Shown piece by piece: positions 1 to 14,415 of a stretch of DNA of 64,000 nucleotides; position 1 is the stretch's first letter; each line of letters starts with the position of its first letter. The translations under genes and the position numbers were made by a program. The DNA comes from Lobosporangium transversale (taxonomy: Eukaryota), in the NCBI RefSeq assembly GCF_002105155.1, contig NW_019028992.1, positions 186,001 through 250,000 on the forward strand. The letters run 5' to 3'. Below the pieces are notes generated by a model. That model was not told the DNA's origin. It saw only the letters and a list, made by a program, of their open reading frames with translations, and did not search any database.

Positions 1-2322
<2,322 letters not shown>

Positions 2323-2569
2323 TGCGGGATAGGGTGTCAAGTTGAAGGGAGTCCAGGAGAAAGACAATTAAACGGAGAAACTCGAAACAGCTGCTGAATG
2401 AACTGACAAGTCTTTTTTTTTTTTTTTTTTTTTTTTTAATGTTTACGAGTATTTGATAAAGCCGTCACATGTTGTGGCTGTGTGAACTATGGAACTATGG
2501 AACTATGGATTGCAGAAAAAAAAAAAAAAAAAAAAAAAGTTTGCCTTTATCATGTAAATTCAAGATGCT

Positions 2570-3235
2570 TTAGAGGATGATACATTCTTTCTTAGGTTCC
2601 TCAGGTACATTGGTCGACTTTTCAATTTCACCAATCATGAGCTCAAAGACTCGACCTATGAATATAGGGACGATGTTAATAAGTAGGATTGTTCTTCCAA
2701 ATCTGCTGGACACATTAAATAATCGGCGCTAAATCAGGATAACCTTTGAATTCCAGATAGGAAACCCATCAAAATGATAAATACTAAATTCAGGGTCCTT
2801 TGACTTACCAATATTTTCGTTGTGTTTGGCTGATGACTCGCAAGACTGACAGTTCCAGAGCGCAGCAAGTTCTTCACCTTCCTCGGTCGAGATCTGTCGT
2901 TGACCATGCAAATCGCTCTTGTTACCAACAATGACAATGGGAACCCAATCAGTACCAGTGTAGTTCAAAATTTTATCACGAATGATCTTGATCATGTCAA
3001 AACTGAGTTTGTTCGTGACAGAGTACACAAGAATGTATCCATGAATATCGAGTGCGTGTTTGCCATTGAAAATAGAGAACTCATCCTATTTGAATTTTTC
3101 AGCAGAATATCATTTAATCCAGGGCAGAGTCGCAGGAAAGCAAAAAAAAAAAAAAAAAAAAAAAAAAAGGCGAATCGTTACGATAAGTAAAACAAGGTCA
3201 TGCTTGTTGGTATACATATGGAAAGATAGAAATAG

Positions 3236-3269
<34 letters not shown>

Positions 3270-4160
3270 TTTCTTGACGATTCTTAACTTGCCTGTCCTG
3301 CAGTATCAATAATCTCTGCAGTATATTCTTGACCTTGATGACTAATAGTTTTGGTGAATGTATTTTCAATTGTAGGGTAGTAAGAATCCACAAACACGTT
3401 CTCTACGAACTGGATTGTCATGGATGATTTGCCTACGCCATTTTTGAAAGATAGTAATGAACACAAAGAATCCATTTCAATAAACAAATAAACATAAGTT
3501 AAGTCTCAGTAGTCATGCATGGAAGGATCAACAGTCAATAAGAAAACAAGAAGATCACATAGATCGGCGTTGTTGTGTTGTTGCAAATGTGGATGATCCT
3601 GTTATGACATACGAATAGCGTACGGTGTCTTCATCCTCAGTACCCGTTGCTGCTTAAACCATACAAAAGGACTCGATGTCTCAATCTCCTTCAACTAGAA
3701 CATTTTCGTGAGGTGTAGCAGAACAGAGTGGTCTTACCAGACCATAACTACAAAATGCTACAATGTTCCATTTGATTCGTGGTGTGCTAATTGCCTCTGA
3801 TATCCGGTGACCGAGTGTATGAGAGAAAGAGGGAGAGACGGGTTGTCCTCAAGAGCTTATACGATATTTTCCATGCTTCATGTCGAGAGTGAATAACCTA
3901 TTCACTGCTAATAATATGACAATCTTTTTTTTTTTTTTAGGTTGGATATTCAAGAGAAGAGCGCCCTATTTTCCATTGTTGCTTTCTATCGTCCTTTCCA
4001 GCTCCAATGTTGCCGATGCAATTGATATTTCCCGTGACCGGAGCGAGCCTATTAGAAAGATAAGAAAAAAAAAAAACGTACCAACTGCTCGTGAACCTAG
4101 TAAGGCGATACGTCTCAACTTTGGAGATTTAATAGGGGTCTGAGTGGCGGGAGTGCTCAT
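2570..4160 (-). CDS. RHB1: Rheb-family small GTPase
   Basis: Exons ~4160-4081, 3432-3293, 3085-2808, 2655-2570. G1 is GSRAVGKS with the Rheb-specific Arg. Also YYPTIENTF effector loop, DTAGQDE, VGNKSDL, ESSAK and C-terminal CaaX CIIL. Confidence 0.95.
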
Positions 4161-4202
4161 GGCAAAGTAATAAAGATAATTAAACAAGAGAAAGAGAAAG
4201 AG

Positions 4203-4306
4203 AGAATGAGAATGAGAAAGAGAGAATGAGAATGAGAATGAGAATGAGAATGAGAATGAGAATGAGAATGAGAATGAGAATGAGAATGAGAATGAGAATG
4301 AGAATG
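4203..4306. repeat. (GAATGA)n hexanucleotide microsatellite in the Rheb 5' region
   Basis: Tandem gagaat units seen directly. They explain the spurious HS/FS/IL-repeat ORFs here. Confidence 0.9.
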
Positions 4307-4770
4307 GGAATGGAATAAGAGAAGGTAATAAATGGAAAGTAAACTGTACGTGTGCGCAGATACAAGAGAAAAGGGGTCTGACTGACGCCCTTGATTTCTG
4401 TCTTGTATTCTGTACATGGAGACTATGCATGTGTCTTTATTTATTTTTTATTTTTTATTTTTTTTCCTCCTTTGGTCTCCCCTCTTCCATCTTTCCATCC
4501 CATCCATTGCTAATCACCAACCTGTCGTCATTGTCATTGCCGTCTTTATTCTTGTTGCTATCAATAAACAAAAACAAGAAACAAGAGAGAGAGAGATTGC
4601 TTGACTGCCTAGATTAGTCTTTTCCATCTCTCCCCTTCACTATCTTTAACCTCCAAGCTTTAGAGCCTGACTTGTTGAAGGCAATTCTAATAGCCAGGAA
4701 GAAACGTCATTCCCGTCTAGTACTCTGTATCCACTTTTCTCACGCAACCTTGAATCTTACTATATATAAA

Positions 4771-4802
<32 letters not shown>

Positions 4803-4824
4803 CGTGAGATAGAAAGAGAGCTCA

Positions 4825-6248
4825 ATGGGCGAATCCAGGGAACGCAGTGGTAGAAGCCAATCTCCTTCATCTGTACGCCGCAACAGTACCCATGGAGGGG
4901 ACAAGGATAGAGACAGGAACAGGGACAGGAACAGGGACAGGAACAGGGACAGGGATCATGACCACCACAAGAGTACCTCCAGACAGAGGAAGGATTCTCG
5001 CTCCAGGTCTCCTTGTAAGTTCACTGGCAGTGTCAATCCTACTCATCTTCGTTATTGTATTGCCAAGTCTATAAAAGTCAGGTCACGCACCAGAACTAAC
5101 CTCTTCCTCTCTTTATATTTTCTTTTTCTTTTTCTTCTTTTTCCTGTATTCCTTTGTCCATCAACGGAATGGACCTGACTTGGCGATATCATTCTCGCAC
5201 TCCTTGGACTTACTACTTGACTAAATTGACAAAAAACAACGCACACAACTTTTCTATCACGGCTGATTGTCCATCTAATCGAACTGAGGATGTTTTTATC
5301 ATATTTCTCAATTGACACCAACATTCTGTGCGGCTTTGGAACTTGATCTCCATAAATTATCCTTCTTTTTTTTCCTCCAATGTGAAATAAACTCTGGCAG
5401 CCCGCAGACACCGGTCGCGTTCAAATGACAGGAGAGATGTCAGGGACGATCGAAAGTCTACCCGTACAAGCGACAGTAGCAACAGAACTAAACATCATCT
5501 CTCCAGATCAAGATCAAGGTCAAGGTCAAGGTCAAAGTCTGGTTCTCGCTCACGCTCACGCTCTCGTCACCGATCCGAATCTAGTCGCCACCATCGTCAA
5601 CACCGTAGGGATGATTCGAGAGATCGTAGTAGCCATCGTCGTTCTCGTTCCAGGGAGAATGACAGATCACATCGCCATCGTCGCAGTAGGAGTCGATCTG
5701 TCGACAGTAGTTCCAGTAGTAGCGACAGTGAAGGTAAAGAAGTTGACAGTAAATTTGAACGCTAATATGTTACTATTATTATTATTATTACTATTACTAT
5801 TGCCATTGTTTCCACGAGGCTTAATGGTTCAGCTTTACTCATACGACCTAGATCGTTCTCGCTCAAGGGGCCGCAGACACCGCAAGCACAAGCGATCGCG
5901 CTCTAGATCTCGATCGCGTTCCAAGAAATCTAGGAGTAAACGCCATCGCCGTCGATCCCCCTCTTCATCATCCGATGATTCGGACGATAACCGTCGGAGT
6001 GTTATTACAGGACAAAAGGTAACAAAAACAAGCATATCGACACAGTCACTGTTATATAACTAGATGGCCTGCTGAAATAAATGTATTTTAATATGCATTT
6101 ATACGAGATTAATCTTCTCTATTTCATCATCATTGTTATTCGTTTCGTTATTTAGCTGAAACTTAAGGTTGCTAAATCCAGTCAAGACAAGAAGCGCGAG
6201 AAGAACAGAGGAACCCTTTTAGAGTATCTGAATGCTACTTATGGCTGA
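4825..6248 (+). CDS. Arg/Ser-rich (RS/RD dipeptide) nuclear protein, probably splicing-related
   Basis: In-phase exons 4825-5014, 5401-5733, 5852-6018, 6156-6248. Long RS/RD runs. C-terminus RRSVITGQKLKLKVAKSSQDKKREKNRGTLLEYLNATYG*. Confidence 0.8.
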
Positions 6249-6350
6249 TATTGCGATCTATAGCTCTGTGCTAGTATATTCATTCTGCAGTCTAGCACTA
6301 TAAAAGTCAATGGTTACAATAATAATAATAATAATAATACAATATAGCAT

Positions 6351-7444
6351 TCAGAGCTTGGCTACAGACGTTGGAGATGATCCAACTAGTAATTTGATGC
6401 CGAGAATGCTCTCCAATGTCTCAATAGCCTTTTCTGGTTTCCCCAGTTCAACTCGGATAGTCTTCATTCCCAACTTTTCAGCCGACTTTAGGTTAGCACC
6501 AATGTCATCGAGAAAAACTACTTCTGAAGGTTGAACGCCCACAAGCTCGCATGCCTTTTTAAAAATCGCTGGATCTGGTTTCCGAAGGCCTAAAACAGTG
6601 GATTCGATATAGTAATCAAAAAGTGTCTTGAGATGACCCTGTGCCATCACCATCGATCCTCTTGTAGCCTCTGTCCCTGTTGACGTTGATGTTGATGTTG
6701 CCATAATTGGTTGACCAGTGACTTTTAGGATCAATTCTTGCTCACGTTGTCCACGCTCGTCCAATGGAAAGTCGAAATTATTCGTCAACGCTGCTAGTTT
6801 GTATCCGACCTGTCGAAGCGCTACAATGGCTTGGACCATGGATGGGACGGCCGCAGCTGTCTTGCGCATCATTTGATGAAACAATTCCCGCCCATTGATA
6901 ACAGGAGCTTTGAACGACTTTTCATCAAACTCTAAGTAAAAAAAAAAAAAAAAAAAAAATTAAAAATATAAGGATCCCAACAAAATAAATAAATAAGTAA
7001 AGGATAGGGATAGAATACCTTTGCCTCTCAATCGAGCATATTTCGAATATGCAGCAATGTTTTCTGGATTGGAAAGTTGTTCCGAGAAGGCATCATAAAA
7101 TGACCACAGATCAATCTCACCGCGCTCCAATTTCTGGAAGGCACCATTGGGCCCAGCCTGTGCACTAATGTATGTACATGAAGGGTTGTCGATTATTAAT
7201 GACGATTAACACGTCATAATAGCACATCCGAAGTACGTCCCATGCGAATAAATATACATATATCGTATATAAAACTGTTTACTCACATGGCGATATTCAA
7301 ATAGTTGTGAGGCAAGTTATGCTCCTTTTCATATTCGGCAATTCCACTGAAGGGAGACCCTACAACGACTCCGCCAATGTCAAAGAAGACGGCCTTATAA
7401 GGTCTTGCTTCAGCGATAGTTTGTTTGTCAAAAGAATTGGGCAT
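6351..7444 (-). CDS. HAD-superfamily hydrolase (ACAD10/epoxide-hydrolase N-terminal-like) with PTS1
   Basis: Exons 7444-7287, 7164-7019, 6931-6351. Motifs AVFFDIGGVV, ALTNN, RKPDPAIF, FLDDIGANLKSA. Ends -AKL*. Confidence 0.9.
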
Positions 7445-7700
7445 GATGGTCTTGTGGGGTGCAAGGCGCAAGCAAGAAGAAAGGAAATAGGAAAGACAGA
7501 GGCAGAAACAAAGAACGAAATGAATATGAATATGAAGGTGAACGAATGAATGAATGTGAATGAATGTGAATGAATGAATGTGTGTAGAAAGGAGGGACGA
7601 ACAGAGAACAGTAGACAAATAAAACCGGACCGGGTATGAAAGCTTTGATATTCGCAAAGACCGATCACTTTTTTCAAACTTTATTTTTTGTTCAATTAAA

Positions 7701-8281
7701 TTACATCCTCGAGTGTGGGATCTCTCCTTCTTCTGTAGCCCATGCCTTCAGGATGTGGTGTGCGATGGCTAATAACGTATTCATTTGAGATCAAAAAAAG
7801 TATCTTCCGGGTTAGTTTCTCTTTTTTTTTTAACTACAAACCATTTCAAACACTTGGTCGGAACAAGAACCTACCAGTAGCAGGAGGCAGCCGAAGACTA
7901 TCATTTTCTGATGGCTTGCCCCAGACCGCAGTCCTCGAGCCCTTGAGGGCTTCAAGGATCTGAGCTCTCGTGAACCACCTAGCATCCTCCAGCTCCTTAT
8001 CCTCCAAAGTCACATTTGTATCTTCGTTCAGGGCCTCAGCATGACAGCCGATCATAAGTGAGTTGGGGAAGGGCCAAGGCTGAGATGAGTGGTACATGAC
8101 ATGACCTAGGCGAATACCCGACTCTTCCTTCACTTCACGTCTCGCAGCCTCTTCAAGAGACTCCCCTGGCTCCACAAATCCCGCGAGACAAGAGTACATA
8201 CCCTTGGGCCACACAGCTTGGCGACCAAGCATGACACGTTCACCATCCGGTGAGATGACACATACAATCACCACGGGATCT

Positions 8282-8317
<36 letters not shown>

Positions 8318-9032
8318 AGGATAATGATTCTAGTAGTTGGTCGTCAAATGGATTGAATAGATTTTTTTTTTTATACCTGTACGAGGATAAGTAAAGTTTT
8401 GAATGCCCTTATGTGCCAAACAATCTGAAGGTACTTCTTGGCCGTTCTCTTGGATCATTGGCGGACATGTCCGCTTATGACCACCATCGAGTGACAGATT
8501 CCTCCGCCCACAGCCTGTACAGAATTGATTCCGCTTATTCCAATCGATCACAGCTCTGGCCTGAGCTACCAACCCACTCTCTGCAAACGATAATCCAAAC
8601 GCAGCAGGTCGCATTTCTGCCATGTAGTGACCATGTTTTTCAGTGTATGTATTGATGAATTTCTCAACAGCGTCCTTCAACTCTGCTGTAACTCGTGGAC
8701 CCTTCGCAGACATATCCAATGCCCAATAGCCAATGCCACGACGACCCCTAACCAAAACTTCGTTGTCCGATGTTGCGTTCGTCTCATCAGCTCCCAGGAA
8801 GACAAGCACAAGTCCCTCAGGCAGGTTATTTAAAGGATCAGATCCAATCAAATGCTGGACATCCTCGTATTGTGCAAATGCAAGATGTTTTGTACTGGAC
8901 TTGAACATGACTCCATGATCTGCCAGGATCAAAAATCGTGTCGAGGGCGCCTTCACAGATTCTTCAAGATATTCTTTGTCTGTTCTAAGAAAACTCAGCC
9001 TAATTCGATGAACATACCGTGAACTGTCAGAT

Positions 9033-9063
<31 letters not shown>

Positions 9064-10352
9064 CAACTGCCTCTGTCAAACTCAATGCCAACATGAGGAA
9101 CATTTCAATTGAGACATCTATATACCTGTTATGAGTAGATCCTGTAAAATGCAACGGCTTATTTTCTAAAACTGTTCTTCTCTTCCACCAATCTGCCATA
9201 CTACCATTCTCAGTATTAGTGTTTGTGTTGTTGCTGTTGCCTGTCGACGACACAAGACCTGCTCCTGCCGCCATGGCACTGTTGTTGTTATTGTTGTTGT
9301 TGTTATTGTTAGTATTGGATGAAGCAAAAGGAGATCCAGTACTGTGTTGAACTTTCTTCTTATTGGGTGCCAATCGATCAAACACTGCGGCACAATCAGT
9401 CGATCCCCAGAACTCGGCCAATTCGGCTGCTGTCTTGCCATCCTTGTTCTCGGTTTCTGCATCCACCTTGGCTGTAGCCAACAAGTACTCGACTACACTT
9501 ACATGTCCGTAGCGCGCTGCGAACATGAGCTGTTGTAAAAAAAAAAAAAAAAAAAAAAAAATCAGTTGATCCAAAGTTTATTCAAAAGTAGCAGAAACAA
9601 GTAATTGTAAATGATGGAGGACCCAATTGATTAGAAAGAAAAACGCAAAGGCAAAGGCAAAGGCAAAGGCAAAAGCTTTGTCAATAGAAGGAGAAAGAAG
9701 AATGAAGGAGGAAGGATGAAAGAGGAAAGAGGAAAGAGGGAGAAAGGAAGAAGGAGGAAAGATGAAGGACGGAAACGATAGCTACTGGAGTCCAACCACG
9801 GTCATTCTTGGCTTCGAGATGGATCCGCCCTAGACCCTTGATCATCTCCAAATCACCCGAGGCTGCAGCTTCAAAGACATCGTGGGAAGATTGATTAGAC
9901 ATGATGAATCGATTGACAGGTCCTTTTGAAGAATAGTATCTGATGAATAATAAAGGGGCCGAGCAATCGCTTGAAGTAGAGTGATGGATTTGAGGGGAAG
10001 AGATAGAAGAAAGTAAAGAAGAAGAAGAAGAAGAAGAAGAAGGAGCAAAAGAAAGGCGATAATGATGATGAAGTGGATGATGTAGCGACTGCTTATTAAT
10101 AAGAAACAAATGCGGACAAGTGGCAGAGAGCGGTGGATTGTGTACAGCCGAAAGGGTGAAAGTACGGAAGACAGGAGAGGCAACAGGTACACGCACTTGA
10201 GAGTGAGATGAATGCAACGAATGCAACGAATGCAACGAATGCAACGAATGACAATAAGAAGAAGTAAGAGAGTGATGAGAAAGAGGAAGACGAATCTGCT
10301 GAAATGACGAGAACTGAGCGCGGATCAGCTGTGCTGACAGCACAAATGACAT
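7701..10352 (-). CDS. NPY1: Ankyrin-repeat NADH pyrophosphatase (NUDT12/NPY1/NudC family); two in-frame ATGs (10352 and 9902)
   Basis: Ankyrin repeats (GWTP|LMFAARYGH). Zn ribbon FCTGCG. YPRTDPVVI. Nudix box GFVEPGESLEEAARREVKEESG. NudC signature SQPWPFPNS. Last exon 7768-7701 ends -SRM*. Confidence 0.92.
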
Positions 10353-10452
10353 TGGAGGTGTTCAAGAGTAAAATGTTTTTTTTTTTTTCGGCATTTTATC
10401 ATTTTTTTTTTGTAATTGACAATTGAACAATTGAAGTCCATTTACTTTGCAA

Positions 10453-10486
<34 letters not shown>

Positions 10487-10633
10487 GACACTGCCATTCA
10501 AGGATGCAACTTTCTGTTGACGTATTTTATTTTACTTTATATTTTCTTTCAAGAATATTATTCAAGAGATGGCGATTATATACATATCGACAAATGCTCA
10601 TTTCTCACAAAAAGAGAAAGAATGGTTCTTTTT

Positions 10634-11182
10634 TTAGTCGATGAAGTACTCAAGAGGAGTGTCCTCATCCCAAACAGCGCACTCTGGGGTGGTCAAGAGA
10701 GAATAGAACTTGATCTCTCCATTATGATTCTTGTGGGCACTTTTGTTACCGAGTTGATATAAATATATATATAAAAAAAGAATATATTTGTGAGTAAAGC
10801 AGACCAGAAAGTCTTCTTTCTTTTTTTCTTTTTTCAGCCATGGAGTTGTTGTCTACATTCGTGTCGTAGTCATCATATCCATCTTATTGCTAGGATAAAA
10901 TAAACACAGAATCAAAATGTAAACTTACCGAGCATGGACGTACTTGCCATCACCGAGATGGATCTTGGCAAAGTAGGTGCTATTCACAGTTTAAATAATA
11001 ATAAAAAAAAAAAAAAAAAAAAGTCGAGGGATAGGAAGGGATGAGAGGGTTATTATCATGCAACTTTTTTTTTTTTTTTTTTTTTTTACAGTCATGGGTC
11101 ATTATTATCATATCACTTACCGGCCAAAAGCAACATCCTCTGTGGCATAAAGAGTAGGAGTGTACTCAGTGATGTGCTTGAC

Positions 11183-11213
<31 letters not shown>

Positions 11214-11711
11214 CGTTTTAGACTTTAGTTCATTGTCTGCAAGGAAAAAAAAAAAAAAATGGACCTGATGGTTTCCCACACACAATAAAACCTCAGTCCT
11301 TGGTGGAGAGTTCCAGAGTTGAAATATTGCAATTGATCCTCTTTCCATCCTTTAATCCTTTTTTTTAAAAAGTATATTTTTCTCATCAATTGGTCTCTCT
11401 ATGCTTACGCTTGTCCATCTCGTGAAGGCCATGGCGAGCGTCCTCACGGTTAAGACGGTGAATCTCCTTCAAGACATCGTCCTTGATGCTTCTGAAAACT
11501 GATATAAAAAATAACGTAAAAAAATAAAAAAACGTTCAACAGAATAAGTTAAAGAGTGAGAATAAAAAACCAAAAATAAAAAAAAATAAAAATGAAATCT
11601 CAAAATAGATGAATGAACAGAAAAAAGAGTAATGCCCATTCACTTACCTTTCACTGCTTCTTCATCAGCAGGACGAGGTTCAGACATGGAGTTGTGCTTG
11701 ACATCAGACAT
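10634..11711 (-). CDS. Stefin/cystatin (type 1)-like protein, 123 aa, five exons
   Basis: Exons 11711-11648, 11498-11409, 11181-11121, 10979-10929, 10739-10634, all with GTAAG donors and in phase (372 nt). Protein MSDVKHNSMSEPRPADEEAVKVFRSIKDDVLKE...YTPTLYATEDVAFGRTYFAKIHLGDGKYVHARAH...WDEDTPLEYFID aligns by eye to stefin A/B. Confidence 0.75.
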
Positions 11712-12369
11712 GGTGAGTAGTTGGTGCCTGTTTGCTTGTTGAAGGAACTGCGTATGTAAAGTGTGGATTGAAGGATAAAGAAAGGAGAAACGAAAAGAAA
11801 AAGAAAAAGAAAAGAAAAGAAAAAGGAAAAAAAAAAAAAAAAAAAAAAAAGAACTAAGCTGAGGATGTAAACAATATAAACAGTGTATTGATGGACCTTT
11901 AGACTGCCTGACTGAAATAGCGCGTGTCGCACCATGTCGCGAGCAGAGCCTTCCCGTGGACCATGTGCTCAACGGAATGGACCATACAGCCAAGGCCATC
12001 TCTAAGATTATGGAATCAATTGAATTGGGCTAGGGTTTTTTTTTTTTGTAGTGTTATGCAGAGCCCACCTGTTTTTTTATGCTAGAAAGGGTGAAGACAC
12101 TCGTTCATGAAGGAGAGTACGGACTATACGGATAATAGTTTGTTCCTTTCATGTCCTCTTCCCTTGCCCCTGTTATTCTTTCAATCCTTCGGTTAGTCCC
12201 CATCAACGCATTTACGATACATGCAGATTGAGGCTTCTGTCAAGATTGACTTCAAGGAGCAGATGGCCAATCTAGAAAAACACATTTTTGCATAATCAAC
12301 AGCTTTTGAAGCTAATTTTAAGAAAAGTGGCGGGACAAATTCCGTCGCGCTTTTTTATTTTTATTTTTA

Positions 12370-13020
12370 ACGCGTACGACGCGCCTGGTGTAACTGAAAT
12401 AAAATACATTTTCATTCATGCATCTACATGTTTAACTGACAACCAACTCTCAAAGCACAAGGCTACAAAGCAACAAGGGGGCTTCCTTCACTACTATTTA
12501 ACATGACGATCCAATATCAACAAAAGCTTATTTGTTACAATAAGAGACATACGCTATTTTTTTCTTTTTTCTTTCTTTCGTTCTTTTTTTTCACTAGAGT
12601 AAGTCAAGGAGCCACATTCTTCTATCACACTATCCAAAGCAGATTGGCACTTGCCTGTTCCGCCATTGTCCTTAAACAATAATCGGGTGATTTTGTCGTA
12701 CCTCTATTTATTACGAGCAAAGTGTTCCCACGGGCTATGTGCTCTACTGAACGAGATTGTGGAAGGAAGGTGACGATGAAGTACATAAAAAGCGTGTTGA
12801 AAAAGAAACCTAGAAAGTAATCCAAAACCCTTATTGGAGCCCACTACCTTGAGCTGCTGTAGTTGCTGTAGTTCGCTTTCCGGCAGTTCAAGTGTCCCAA
12901 GTACACAAGTGCAAAGGCTTTGGCATTTTTCTCCTGAGGCGCGCGTTGTACGCGTGTGGTATCAATAAACCAAGCCACATTACATTCAAAAAAAAAAAAA
13001 AAAAAAAAAATTAAAACGCG
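12370..13020. promoter_or_regulatory. MCB-like (ACGCGT/CGCG) cell-cycle boxes upstream of HAT1
   Basis: ACGCGT at 12370 and 12950, plus CGCG cores at ~12380, 12940 and 13017, in AT-rich DNA. Confidence 0.5.
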
Positions 13021-13090
13021 CCTCCATTTTCTTTTGTAAAGTAAACCCTTCCTCATAAGCACCACAAGGACATAAATTTGACTCGACATC

Positions 13091-14380
13091 ATGAACTCTC
13101 TTAAACAATGGGTTACAAACTCATCAGAGGCAGTCAACATTCGTCTTGGTAAAAGAATAAAAAAAGAGAGAGTACTTTAATACGGGGATATATACGAAGG
13201 CTATACCTTTTTTCACAAGAATAGAATGTTGTTCACTTGTCTCAGGAATGAACCCTCATGAGATTTTTTTTTTCTTTTTTTTTTTTTTACCACTATCAAT
13301 TTTGGGTTTCTCTTCTAGTGAAAAGTATACCTGTCATCAATGATGAGGAGGAAGACGAAGACATTATTGAATTCAATCCTGCTTACACATATCCGATGTT
13401 CGGGGAGCAGGAACAAATTTTTGGATACAAGGATCTTTTCATCAATGTAAAGGGCGCCTGAGGATCAAACTTTCATGTTGTACCATGTCTTACAGGACGC
13501 TATCATTCACATCTAATCTTTATGATTACTATGCTTTTTTTTTTTTTTTTTTTTTTTTTTTTCTTCACTGGATCAATTGATTACAGGTTGAATTTGCATC
13601 TGGATCTCTGGCATCATGTTTCAGTATGGGATATAAGGAAAAGAAACCAAATGCGGACAAAATCTATACCTCCATGAAGGGCTTTTTACCAAAAGGTGAA
13701 TATCAAGGCAGCTAAAGACCCATGCTCTTGTTGTTATTACTGTTATTATTACTATTACTATTTGTTTAGTGAAGATGTTTTATGGCTAAAAAATGATAAA
13801 TAGATCCAACTAACTAACTTTTCCTTTGGCAATAGACATTATCGACAATCATGATTTGTTCTCACAAATTGCCCAACGGGATCATAAAGAGTTTAGACCA
13901 ATGGGTACTAAGGTTGCAGAGTATACTATCGACCGTGAAGGATCAGAAAACAGTGTATTCGAGTTTTATCAGGTACAGGACAAAAAAAAAAAAAAAAAAA
14001 GAACAAAAAAAGAAAAAGGAACTATCTTCGGAAAACAATGAAGTGGGACAAAAGCAAGCTATAAATTGTTGAGGACAAAAGATCAGCTACTTATTATGAT
14101 TTTATTTTTTCCCCTCTCCAGGCCAATTTTGAAACGCCAAGGTTCTTGGAATACCACAAAAGGCTACAATGTTTTGCAATTTTCTTCATCGAAGGCGCAT
14201 CCATTATCGAGGATACAGATGAGAAATGGGAGATTCGTTTAGTATTTGAGAAAGTTTCAGAGAACGGACAGGAATCATATAACTTTGTTGGCTATTGTAA
14301 TATGTATCCATATCTTTATTATCCGGATCAAATCCGTATGCGGATCAGGTACGATAATAGACATCAGATTGAAAATCAGA

Positions 14381-14415
<35 letters not shown>

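Noticed and set aside
5161..5175. 15-mer tcaacggaatggacc repeated at 11969-11983
   Set aside because: About one or two 15-mer matches are expected by chance in 64 kb, and the match does not extend.
5270..5290. ctaatcgaac resembling LSU rRNA next to a CTGA box (possible snoRNA)
   Set aside because: The match is sense rather than antisense on the host strand, and there is no convincing C box.
7445..7657. Open frame upstream of the HAD ATG starting at TTG (possible non-AUG extension)
   Set aside because: Made of UTR-type microsatellites, with no ATG and no clear targeting character.
9000..9125. Stop-free, 126-nt in-frame intron in the NUDIX gene
   Set aside because: Frame preservation depends on an uncertain homopolymer length, so probably chance.
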